In this document: positions 55,676-63,981 of the stretch, piece after piece
Layout: every line of letters starts with the position of its first letter
Numbering within the stretch: position 1 is the stretch's first letter
IMG/VR virus record: IMGVR_UViG_3300047546_001556
Reading direction: 5' to 3' (one strand)
Origin: an uncultured virus (IMG/VR IMGVR_UViG_3300047546_001556)
Lineage: Duplodnaviria > Heunggongvirae > Uroviricota > Caudoviricetes > Autographiviridae
DNA length: 64,000 bases
Program-made: the position numbers and the translations under genes
Notes under the pieces: model-generated
Databases searched by the model: none
The model's input: only the letters and a program-made list of their open reading frames with translations
What the model was told of the DNA's origin: nothing

Positions 55676-55861
55676 TCACCACTCCTCCTTAAGATACACA
55701 TTCATGATCTTGAAGTAGGTGGGTAGCAGCTCTTGGGCAGATTGGAGAGCATGTGCTTTATCTCGTGCCCAAAAGTCCCAGTGCCCTGGGTTATCGTTCA
55801 CATCTGTGTAAGTGACACGATACAGCGAATGATGGCTGTGCGATATAGGTACGTTTGGCAT
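55676..55861 (-). CDS. Small early hypothetical protein
   Basis: 'YRVTY...WARDKAHALQSAQELLP...EW'. Confidence 0.6.
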   Translation of the reverse strand: MPNVPISHSHHSLYRVTYTDVNDNPGHWDFWARDKAHALQSAQELLPTYFKIMNVYLKEEW

Positions 55862-55866
55862 AAGTG

Positions 55867-56064
55867 TTAGTCATCCTCATCAAGGATCGTGTTGATGAGA
55901 TCATTGAGCAGATCAGCGATTAGCCTTTCCTTTTGCAGGCGACTATCAAGATAGTCATAACGCCGGCTGTCAGGATCACAGCTATTAAGCTGATGAACTA
56001 TTTCGTAGATCTGGTCATGTTGATAACGAACCAGGCGGCCAAGCTCAGAAACAATACAGGTCAT
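55867..56064 (-). CDS. Small early hypothetical protein
   Basis: ATG ORF in the early gene cluster. Confidence 0.5.
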   Translation of the reverse strand: MTCIVSELGRLVRYQHDQIYEIVHQLNSCDPDSRRYDYLDSRLQKERLIADLLNDLINTILDEDD

Positions 56065-56449
56065 CGTTCAAGCAAATCGATTGGACGCTACAAAGCGTCT
56101 ATAGCTGATGAGTACACCTGTATTATTCCTTATCATTGCGTATCCAGCGACCGTTTTGGCAGTCCCAGACACGCACAGGAGCAGGTGGCTCCACCGTTGG
56201 TTTTATGCAGTTTCTGCATTGTGTAGCCAACTCATCGATATCGATGGCTGGCTGGCTGTAAGGGTCGTAAAGCATTGTTCCCATAGCGATTAAAAGCGAC
56301 GATTGAACGGAGGCTGAACATCCTTATGCTTCCGCTTACACAATGGGGCGACAATCGCCGTCATCATGATGAGAGGAAGAAGAATGGGCAATAGACTAAC
56401 GATCATGACCACATAGAAAGGATTATCAATGCGGGCATAGTCAAACCGC

Positions 56450-56632
56450 TTAGTCATCATCCTGCCCATAGTCATTGAGCTGATTAATGGGCCAGACGCC
56501 TTGTACAACCTCATAGGGTTCGCACATCATTTCCGCACGAATCCAGGCGTCATTAAAAGATTCGGCGTGGATGTACTCAGTAGCCGTGGCGTATTTGTTT
56601 AAACCAGGGCCCAGGTTGGCTTGGTAAAGCAT
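56450..56632 (-). CDS. Small early hypothetical protein
   Basis: ATG at 56632 (MLYQANLGP), directly after a structured intergenic element. Confidence 0.6.
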   Translation of the reverse strand: MLYQANLGPGLNKYATATEYIHAESFNDAWIRAEMMCEPYEVVQGVWPINQLNDYGQDDD

Positions 56633-56748
56633 AGAAACGCGACGATTAAGTGATGGTGAACTAGGCCACAGAAGTGTGGTTTGTGGCCAGAGGGTGCAAG
56701 GGGATTCGATCCCCCGCATCACGCATTATTGCACCCCGTTGAAATACA

Positions 56749-56892
56749 CTACTGGGCTGGATGATCAATAGCTTTCTCAAGCAGATGTGCAATGAGATTA
56801 CTAAGGCTTCTCCCTTCCTCTATTGAACGATCTAGGAGTGCTTTATGCACTCGATAGTTGATCGTAATAGTGACACGCTGGGGCTTACGCAT
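56749..56892 (-). CDS. Ribbon-helix-helix (CopG/Arc-like) protein, 47 aa, not in ORF track
   Basis: Manual translation MRKPQRVTITINYRVHKALLDRSIEEGRSLSNLIAHLLEKAIDHPAQ. Confidence 0.8.
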   Translation of the reverse strand: MRKPQRVTITINYRVHKALLDRSIEEGRSLSNLIAHLLEKAIDHPAQ

Positions 56893-57028
56893 TGAATAAC
56901 GAAGCCCGGTGACTGTGGTTGCTTCCATTGGTGTAAGTGATCAGAGAAAGTTAGGTCGATTGATGCATCCAAACAATGCAAGCAATAAGACAAACAATCG
57001 GAGGGACTGGAAGAAGAAGAATCATTGA

Positions 57029-57643
57029 TCACACGTTATGAATACGCTTGTGACAAACCCAGGTAATAGCCTGTATTTGGGCAGGAGAATAGCGGTCATC
57101 ACTATTGTCGTTTATGAAACGTGTGGCTGCCATATAATCATCCTTGATTGTCTGGCGTAGCTTTTTACCAATGGAAGGAACTTCTTTCATTGTTAGTCGC
57201 TCACCAAACCACACGGAATAAGCGTGGCCATCGATGCAAACATCGTTATAACCAACGATGCAATGGTAGAACTCAGTTACCTTTGGGCCATTTAATAGTT
57301 GCTCGGGTGACTCGAATGCATAATCAAGAATGTTAACAGCCTTAGCAAGGTTCTTTCTATAGGTGCAGACCTTAACGGCCATAGCATCCTCTCGTGAACC
57401 GTTAACGTAGGCGGCTATTACATTCTCAGCATCCTTGAGATTCCTCTCCCATTTGTTATTGGGAGACAATGCTGCAATAACACCGGCAGCCTTGTGAGCA
57501 TCGATGCCATAAGACTTGGCCATCCTCATGGCAGCCTTAAAAGCGATCGTATACCAGGCACAACCCTCCTCTATTTCAAGGCTGGTAGCATCCATAAATC
57601 GAGCGACAATGTGCCGCTGATTAATTGTTAAATTTGGGGTCAT
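57029..57643 (-). CDS. Early protein, possibly HhH-glycosylase-like fold
   Basis: 'EGCAWY', 'AGVIAALSPNNKWERN', 'GPKV..F', 'VCIDGHA', 'QIQAITW'; ATG at 57643 preferred. Confidence 0.6.
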   Translation of the reverse strand: MTPNLTINQRHIVARFMDATSLEIEEGCAWYTIAFKAAMRMAKSYGIDAHKAAGVIAALSPNNKWERNLKDAENVIAAYVNGSREDAMAVKVCTYRKNLAKAVNILDYAFESPEQLLNGPKVTEFYHCIVGYNDVCIDGHAYSVWFGERLTMKEVPSIGKKLRQTIKDDYMAATRFINDNSDDRYSPAQIQAITWVCHKRIHNV

Positions 57644-57737
57644 CGTGAATACAAATGACAGGAAGATCACCCATTAGCGGGTGAGACAGGAGTGAGGGAT
57701 TCGATCCCAAGCCTCTCGCTTACACTCCTGCAATTGA

Positions 57738-58196
57738 TCAGACAAAATAAGCATTAACTAGCTTTTGTGCCTGAAATTTGCCAGTGTGAACAGTGGCAGC
57801 CGCTTGTAATGCGATCTCACTCCAAATCATCCAATGGATAGATTTAGGTGCAGTCGACATTGCATAACGGGCACTTGCGATCTCACCGGCAGCATCAAAC
57901 CCAAACCCTTGGCTTACGTGGTGATAATCATGAATCGCTCGAAACATCCAGTTCTGCATTTGTGTAAGCATTGGATGCTCACTATGCAATGTTGAGATGT
58001 AGAGGATGTGATTCCATTTGTGATGGTGAAGCATAGCCTCAGGCGATACATCAGAATCAACAAACTTCACGCGAACCGGAAGATTAAAATACTGAGTGAG
58101 AATCCAATCAGTAAATTCTTTCTTCTCTGCTGGGGTTGGTTCACAGTGGCTGCCCATTGTGTAGGTATCAGCCAAGACGGAGACAATCGTTGACAT
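57738..58196 (-). CDS. Early hypothetical protein with His-rich putative metal-binding motif
   Basis: 'NWMFRAIHDYHH...FDAAGE'. Confidence 0.65.
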   Translation of the reverse strand: MSTIVSVLADTYTMGSHCEPTPAEKKEFTDWILTQYFNLPVRVKFVDSDVSPEAMLHHHKWNHILYISTLHSEHPMLTQMQNWMFRAIHDYHHVSQGFGFDAAGEIASARYAMSTAPKSIHWMIWSEIALQAAATVHTGKFQAQKLVNAYFV

Positions 58197-58226
58197 AGCT
58201 TGCACCAGTGGAAGTGAACGGGCAAA

Positions 58227-58361
58227 TTAACGGGCGTGATGACTGAGCCTGTCCAACCGATGAACAATTGCCATCAGCTGAGATCGGGTAATCAGTCCCC
58301 GTTGATAATCCGCCACAGCCTGAGAATGCAGCTTGGCCAGTCTCTCTGTGGTTTGTGTCAT
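58227..58361 (-). CDS. Small early protein, 44 aa, not in ORF track
   Basis: Manual translation MTQTTERLAKLHSQAVADYQRGLITRSQLMAIVHRLDRLSHHAR. Confidence 0.55.
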   Translation of the reverse strand: MTQTTERLAKLHSQAVADYQRGLITRSQLMAIVHRLDRLSHHAR

Positions 58362-58441
58362 TTGTTAGGTGACAATTAGCCTCTCTCTGTGAGAGGCAAT
58401 AACTGCCGGAGGGTTTGCACCTCCGGGCCCGCTTTTACGGA

Positions 58442-58573
58442 TCAGTAGGCTTCGTCATCGTTTGCATCGATGTAAGAGAGCAAGCAATAGAAAGTAGGAA
58501 GATCACGGCAAATAGCAGCGGCCAATTCCTCATACGAGAAATCAGTGATGATCTGCTCAATAGTCGTTTGCAT
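58442..58573 (-). CDS. Small acidic early protein, 43 aa, not in ORF track
   Basis: Manual translation MQTTIEQIITDFSYEELAAAICRDLPTFYCLLSYIDANDDEAY. Confidence 0.5.
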   Translation of the reverse strand: MQTTIEQIITDFSYEELAAAICRDLPTFYCLLSYIDANDDEAY

Positions 58574-58738
58574 TTGACTGATCAGCCCCTCGCAGTGAGA
58601 GGCAATGGGACAGGCAACCACCGATGGTTGCTATCAAGGCCTGGATACCCTGCCTGTCCCGTGTCCACGTCTTAAGCGTGGGATTCGGTTGTCTAGGTGC
58701 AAGTGACCGAGCGGCAGTTCTGCCTCCGATCTGCACCA

Positions 58739-58767
58739 ATGATGGCCTCTCGATTGCAGCCGTGCAA
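58739..58767 (-). promoter_or_regulatory. Putative sigma70-type early promoter
   Basis: Minus strand TTGCAC-N17-CATCAT upstream of the early gene cluster. Confidence 0.4.
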
Positions 58768-58864
58768 GTGAATGGAGGGTGAACCACTTAGACAACCGTC
58801 CACACACTAGTGTTTGCAATGGGTTTGGCCCCTAAACACGTTGTAATGTGTTCGTTACAAACGA

Positions 58865-59062
58865 CTAATCACGTGGTGCTCGCATACTTGGTTCGATGAT
58901 CCATTCTTCCTCTATTGCTTCGCAGGCTTTCTTTATTGCTTGCTTCTTATCATCGCTGATCTTGATATATGGATCTTGATAGACTGTTGCTAGCCTATTG
59001 ATTCGATCACACATTGATAGGTATGCGTGTTCGATTGGCGTGATTTGATTGTGCTTTGTCAT
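58865..59062 (-). CDS. Small hypothetical protein
   Basis: ATG ORF near the genome terminus; start uncertain. Confidence 0.4.
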   Translation of the reverse strand: MTKHNQITPIEHAYLSMCDRINRLATVYQDPYIKISDDKKQAIKKACEAIEEEWIIEPSMRAPRD

Positions 59063-59312
59063 AAAGAACTGTACGGAATTAATGTACATAATTGATGCGA
59101 CAGATAAATTTAGATAAATATGTACAAGATAACGATAGTGTTATATCATATCGATCGTTCAATGCCCTATTTCCTGCCGCATTAGTTCTTCTCTCTAATG
59201 AGATCCCTGCCGCTGCAGTGGATCTGAAGCTAGTGATACCTAACCTCGCTTAAGTTGGGCAGGGTAGGAGTAACTTAGGGGGCCTATGGGGGGATTCCCG
59301 CAGGCGATAGCG

Positions 59313-59663
59313 CTACGTACTCTCTTCAGATTTTTCTGTCGAAATACTCCAAGGAGCAGACAACCTCATCTCAGGCAGACCATCCACCTCAGATGACTTC
59401 TCTGAATAGACAGGATCAACATACAACACATCATCCTCCCTCTTCCACTCCTCCTGCAACACCTCAACCTGTCTATCAACAGACTCCAGGGTAGACAGAG
59501 TCTTCCATTCCACCCAATACGGCTTACAGTAATCAATCAGCATCCGATACCAATTCCGTAGTCTTACGGAAGGCTGTTTATCCGAATACCAGATTGCTAC
59601 TTCATAGCATATAGCCAATAGCCGTTTCTCATAATCCATAGCGGATACTTCATACAACAGCAT
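59313..59663 (-). CDS. Hypothetical protein downstream of terminase
   Basis: 116-aa ORF in the T7 gp19.5 position. Confidence 0.6.
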   Translation of the reverse strand: MLLYEVSAMDYEKRLLAICYEVAIWYSDKQPSVRLRNWYRMLIDYCKPYWVEWKTLSTLESVDRQVEVLQEEWKREDDVLYVDPVYSEKSSEVDGLPEMRLSAPWSISTEKSEEST

Positions 59664-59926
59664 ATAACGTGCATTAACACGTTAAGGTGAATGTATTCTC
59701 TTGACTAGTAAGGTAGGAAAGTGAGTTAGTGGTTAAAAACTACCCCCCTTACCCCCCACAGGAGGGGGTATGAGAGGTCTTGACTGAGCAAGGTGAGGTT
59801 GCTGTTACTTCATTCAGGAACTACCAAAACCTGATGAAGCGGGTATGTATGACCCATCCCTTTGGACCCGCTAGGGGACGGAGGGATGGGGGTGGGGACC
59901 GGTATGGTCTCTCTGTAATGGTCCCC

Positions 59927-61660
59927 CTACTCAGTCCAGGCGTAAACCTTGTTGGTGGAACGCTTCTGGAGCTCAAAGAAGGGGAGGCCTAAGGCCAGGG
60001 CATCGACAGCTCGTTTGGGGTCGTCTTGGATCATCTGTTGCATTGCGGACCACTCGTCGTTACGCCGTTGGGCTTGCTGCTTAGCGGCGGAGAGAGCCAG
60101 AGCATCGGTGAACCACTGAACACCCTGAGCAATTGCATCGACACGGTCATCGTGTTTGACGGCACCCTTCTCCCGGCACATGCGGGAGAGCTGGTACATG
60201 AGCATGTACTCCAACCGCTTTTCAGGTGCCTCGTTGGGATTGGAGCGGTAGTCCCACTCGATGATCTTGGGGTCGATGATGACCTTGTGCTGGTTCAGGA
60301 CCGGCTCCAGGGTGGCGATAATGCGCTCCTCCTTACGGACTGAGGCACGCACCTCCTCCACATGGGCATTGGTCTGCTGTTGGATCAGGTGTCGTTTGAG
60401 GAGCTCACACACCATCCCGTCACCAAAGTTCGATTCAACGAGGAGGGTGCCTGCCTGGTACTTCTTAGCAACACGAACGATCTCAGAGAGGGTCTGATCG
60501 CTGTAGCCATCCCTGAAGGCCACCATGTCTCGAATGAAGATGTACCCATTGGCTTGGGACATCACCACGGCCACGGTCTCGTCAAGGCCACGACCAGAGG
60601 GGTCTATGGAAACGATGGTCTCTGAGTAGTCACAGCAAGCGGCATCGATGAACATTGGGGAATACCAACGATCGCCAGGGAGGCCGACTGCAGGGAGGTC
60701 TTTGAGCACATAACGTGGATCAGAGCTCCAGGAGTACTTCTCGGCACATTCAGACCCGAGAGGAGTGACAATGAAATCAGCAAACCGAAGGGGAAACTTA
60801 TCTGCATCAGAGAGGGTGGTATTGAGCTGGAACTGCAGCTCAAAATTGGAGCGACCCATCGAGGCCTCTCGTTCCATCAGCTCGATGTCTGAGAAGCGAG
60901 TGTCTGTAGGGGAGCCAGGTTCACAACCCGCCTCAAGGTCCTCCAGGATCATGGGGGCCAGGAGGCCTTCATAAAGGGAAGTGTCCTTGGGATAGCGGGA
61001 GGGCCAGACGAAAGGCTTATAACCGCGTTCAGCCAGCTTCCTGTAGCACGTGAAGGTGGTCTGAGGAGTACCAAGAAAAATAATGCGAGAGGTAGGCTTA
61101 GGCATCAGAATTGCCTCAGCCTCAGAGATCAGCTGAAGAAGCTTCTCTCGCTGCATATCTGTGGCACTGTTGTTTGGAACCTCAACGTCGTCAAACAACA
61201 TAATGTCGGCACGAGATCCGGTCATGTTGCCGGTGATGCCGACTGACTTCACAGAGGGAGCCTGAGTCGGAACACAACCACCGATATCGAAGGAGATCCG
61301 CGACCACCGAGCCTCATCTGAGGAGGGCCTCATATGCTTGAGCCAGGGGATGGTCAGGATCAGCTTTTGGAGGAAGATTGAGTTGTTATCTGCCCGCTCC
61401 TTAGAAGCGGAGATACACATGATCTTCTTGTTAGGGTCTTTGTAAAGCTCCCAGAGAACATAAGCCGCAGTCACGTAAGACTTTCCAATCCCTCGAAAAG
61501 CCTGGACCTGAAGACGTTTAGGGCCGAACTGAAGGTAGTCAGCGATAGCGTATTGGGCTCGTGTTGGAGCAGGCAGGCCAAGCTCATGCCAGACTGCCGT
61601 CAGGAAGTTTCTAAAAGATCCCTTCAGACGCGCCTCTAAGGCGTCTGTTTTAGGGCTCAT
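59927..61660 (-). CDS. terL: Terminase large subunit (T7 gp19-like)
   Basis: Walker A 'AFRGIGKS', 'GSRADIMLFDDVE', 'FLGTPQ', nuclease 'IDPSGRGLDET', 'ESNFGDG', 'HDDRVDA'. Confidence 0.97.
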   Translation of the reverse strand: MSPKTDALEARLKGSFRNFLTAVWHELGLPAPTRAQYAIADYLQFGPKRLQVQAFRGIGKSYVTAAYVLWELYKDPNKKIMCISASKERADNNSIFLQKLILTIPWLKHMRPSSDEARWSRISFDIGGCVPTQAPSVKSVGITGNMTGSRADIMLFDDVEVPNNSATDMQREKLLQLISEAEAILMPKPTSRIIFLGTPQTTFTCYRKLAERGYKPFVWPSRYPKDTSLYEGLLAPMILEDLEAGCEPGSPTDTRFSDIELMEREASMGRSNFELQFQLNTTLSDADKFPLRFADFIVTPLGSECAEKYSWSSDPRYVLKDLPAVGLPGDRWYSPMFIDAACCDYSETIVSIDPSGRGLDETVAVVMSQANGYIFIRDMVAFRDGYSDQTLSEIVRVAKKYQAGTLLVESNFGDGMVCELLKRHLIQQQTNAHVEEVRASVRKEERIIATLEPVLNQHKVIIDPKIIEWDYRSNPNEAPEKRLEYMLMYQLSRMCREKGAVKHDDRVDAIAQGVQWFTDALALSAAKQQAQRRNDEWSAMQQMIQDDPKRAVDALALGLPFFELQKRSTNKVYAWTE

Positions 61661-61726
61661 AATAGTTTGTACTTAGGAAAGAGAGAAGGGGTCTTCCCGA
61701 GGCTTCTAGACCCCTCTCCGTGAGTT

Positions 61727-63028
61727 CTATTTGGAATAGCCGTAGCTACCTTGCCAGGAATTACCAGCCGACGCCGTAGAAGCCCAGGTGTAACCACCAG
61801 AAGCAGCAGCGGAAGCAGCAGATCCAGCACCGCCACGGATGCCAAGGCTTTGCCCTAGATCCATCGAGGTTCCATAGGAGCGGCTGTTGATACCGCCAAT
61901 GGTGCTGTTGGTCATCCCGTAAGCAGCGGCTCCATAACCAGCGCTGCGGTTTGTGAAGTCCTTATAGTTAGCAATGCCTGCCTGCGCGATCTCTTTTAGT
62001 CCAGGAAGACCGCCTCGGTAGGTTTGGTTAGCAGTCGAAGCCTGATAACCGTGGTCCTGAAGGAAGTCGGGGGTCTCAAAGCTAGTGGTCTTAGGGGCTA
62101 CAGGCGACTGCGGCTTATAGCTGCTGACACCAGAACCAATCGACAAGCTCTTAGGCATCTGGTATGTCGTTCCCTTCTGGAAGATCTGATTGGTAATGCC
62201 AAGGCTTTGGCCAACGGAGTTCCAGGCGGAGCGCTGTGACGCACCCATCGACTTCCACTTCTTGGCGTAATCAGCCAATGCTTCAAAATTCGGAGCCCTG
62301 GACGCAAAGATGGCGAGTCCGACATCCGACTTGACAGCCTTCGAGTCGGCAATCAGGCCAGCCACATACTGGATCTTGTCCGTATTGAAGCTCTGAGGAC
62401 CTCCTTTGATCCCCAGCTTCTTCAGGATCCCATCGAGAGGGTTCGTTCCACTCTGAGTAGAAGCCGCTGGGGTCGTCGGCTTTGGGGCAGCAGTGGCCTG
62501 ACCGGTGTAGTGCCTAAACACCTCCGTCGCAGCTTGCATCCGCCTGTCCCAATGGGGGACACCAGGACGGAAATAGCCTGTACCTTGTTGAGCAGAGCCA
62601 GTGTAGTACTTGGCATAGTCAGCAGGACTACCGGACTTTGGGGCATTTTCAAACACCCTGGTCCAACCAATCAGGTCTTTGTTCAAGTACTCCTTCGCAA
62701 AGTACTCCAGCTGCCATTGAGCACTGTTGGGATCCTTACCGGCTGCTCTAGCGGCAGCAACAGCTTGGTCATAAGGGCCACGACGTACTCCTGTGTATTG
62801 AGAAAGGCCCCGGCCACGACCGGAGCCCTGTTCAACTACATCAAGGTTCTGCAGCCCAGGACGGCCTGTCTCGATGATCCAAGAACCAACAAGACCAGCA
62901 GCCTGAGCAGGCGTCATCTTGGGAATACGGTTTGCTGTCAACTGTTGGACAGTACCGTCTGTAAGAGCCTTGAAGATGTAGTCAGTGTTAGGAGTAGCCG
63001 CAAACCATCTTCCGGTTTTTGGCGACAT
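61727..63028 (-). CDS. Protein with N-terminal phage tail lysozyme-like domain and low-complexity C-terminus
   Basis: 'QAAGLVGSWIIETG...GRGLSQYTGVRR...QLEYFAKE...RPG.PH..RR'. Confidence 0.7.
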   Translation of the reverse strand: MSPKTGRWFAATPNTDYIFKALTDGTVQQLTANRIPKMTPAQAAGLVGSWIIETGRPGLQNLDVVEQGSGRGRGLSQYTGVRRGPYDQAVAAARAAGKDPNSAQWQLEYFAKEYLNKDLIGWTRVFENAPKSGSPADYAKYYTGSAQQGTGYFRPGVPHWDRRMQAATEVFRHYTGQATAAPKPTTPAASTQSGTNPLDGILKKLGIKGGPQSFNTDKIQYVAGLIADSKAVKSDVGLAIFASRAPNFEALADYAKKWKSMGASQRSAWNSVGQSLGITNQIFQKGTTYQMPKSLSIGSGVSSYKPQSPVAPKTTSFETPDFLQDHGYQASTANQTYRGGLPGLKEIAQAGIANYKDFTNRSAGYGAAAYGMTNSTIGGINSRSYGTSMDLGQSLGIRGGAGSAASAAASGGYTWASTASAGNSWQGSYGYSK

Positions 63029-63033
63029 AACAA

Positions 63034-63258
63034 TCAGTTCTTAACAGAGGTGGCGTAGCCAGTAGAAGCAACAGCAGTCACGCGGTTGCGACCAACCACG
63101 GCGCTAAGAATGTCGAGGACATCGCCGATGGTGCTAGCAGTGGTGATGGCTGCAAGAGCCGTATCACCAGTTGCGTCGATTTTGATGCCACGATATTCGG
63201 TCTCATCGGCAAAAGCGCCACGGGGCTTAACGGTGGCAGCAAAGACTTGTGCGGTCAT
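63034..63258 (-). CDS. Small hypothetical (possibly virion) protein
   Basis: ATG ORF in the late cluster. Confidence 0.6.
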   Translation of the reverse strand: MTAQVFAATVKPRGAFADETEYRGIKIDATGDTALAAITTASTIGDVLDILSAVVGRNRVTAVASTGYATSVKN

Positions 63259-63260
63259 GA

Positions 63261-63416
63261 TTAGTTAGAAACAACGGTTACAGAGGTAGTGCCGTTATGG
63301 CGGTAAATCCGTCCCTTGGAATTGCGTGCAGCAAATCGAGAGGCGAAAGTTTTGAGAAGATTAGTCTTTGGCAGAAACGTAGTCTGCACAGAAGGGCTAA
63401 AGACTTGCGCTGTCAT
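63261..63416 (-). CDS. Small basic hypothetical protein, 51 aa, not in ORF track
   Basis: Manual translation MTAQVFSPSVQTTFLPK...TVVSN; fills the gap between neighbours. Confidence 0.5.
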   Translation of the reverse strand: MTAQVFSPSVQTTFLPKTNLLKTFASRFAARNSKGRIYRHNGTTSVTVVSN

Positions 63417-63420
63417 AAGC

Positions 63421-63687
63421 TTAGGCAAGCTTGGCTTGGATAAATTGATCTACCTGCATTGAGCCCTTTGCAAGATTGCACTCACGGCAGGCTGTAACGC
63501 AGTTAGAGTCAGATGTAGAACCACCCCGTGATCGAGGGCGGACATGGTCGATTGTCAGATTGCTTGTGCTACCGCAGTAGACACATTGATTCCCGTCTCT
63601 GAGCATAATTTGCTGTCTCCATAATCGCTTCGCATCGCTGCTGCGAAACGTAAGGAGCTCGTGCATCAGGGATCGGGGGGTCTCCAT
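63421..63687 (-). CDS. HNH endonuclease
   Basis: 'CVYCG...LTIDHVRPRSRGG...NCVTACRECNLAKG'. Confidence 0.9.
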   Translation of the reverse strand: METPRSLMHELLTFRSSDAKRLWRQQIMLRDGNQCVYCGSTSNLTIDHVRPRSRGGSTSDSNCVTACRECNLAKGSMQVDQFIQAKLA

Positions 63688-63702
63688 GATGAAGAAACAT
63701 GG

Positions 63703-63981
63703 TTACTTTTTGGTTGACTTACCGTTTGCCCCGTTGCGAGCACGGTTCTTCTTCGGGGATTCGGCGACGAGCCTTCCGCTCTTTGTGTGCGACATATCAG
63801 GGCCGCCTCGACCGTAGATGCCACGCTTACGGCGCTCCGCATTTAGTTCAGAGCGATATTCGCGATTGGCAGCAGACTTGTTACGCTTACGTTGGGCGGC
63901 GTTCTTCTTTGCTCTGGCTTCTGGATTGGCTGCGTAATAGCGAGCACTGCGTCCAGGATTCTTAGCTCGCTGCGGTGCCAT
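63703..63981 (-). CDS. Basic protein, degenerate HNH-like
   Basis: Arg/Lys-rich; 'GPDMSHTKSGRLVAESPKKNRARN'. Confidence 0.7.
   Translation of the reverse strand: MAPQRAKNPGRSARYYAANPEARAKKNAAQRKRNKSAANREYRSELNAERRKRGIYGRGGPDMSHTKSGRLVAESPKKNRARNGANGKSTKK

Noticed and set aside
56740..56757. GCCCAGTAGT at the end of the RHH gene, matching the cassette gene end
   Set aside because: No ACTA/ACTT arm 7 bp away; probably coincidental Ala-Gln-stop coding.
58200..58700. Hammerhead ribozyme in the early structured region
   Set aside because: No CUGAUGA...GAAA core with suitable stems was found on either strand by eye.
59727..59742. TAGT-N8-ACTA as a seventh cassette site
   Set aside because: The spacer is 8 bp and it does not coincide with a gene boundary.
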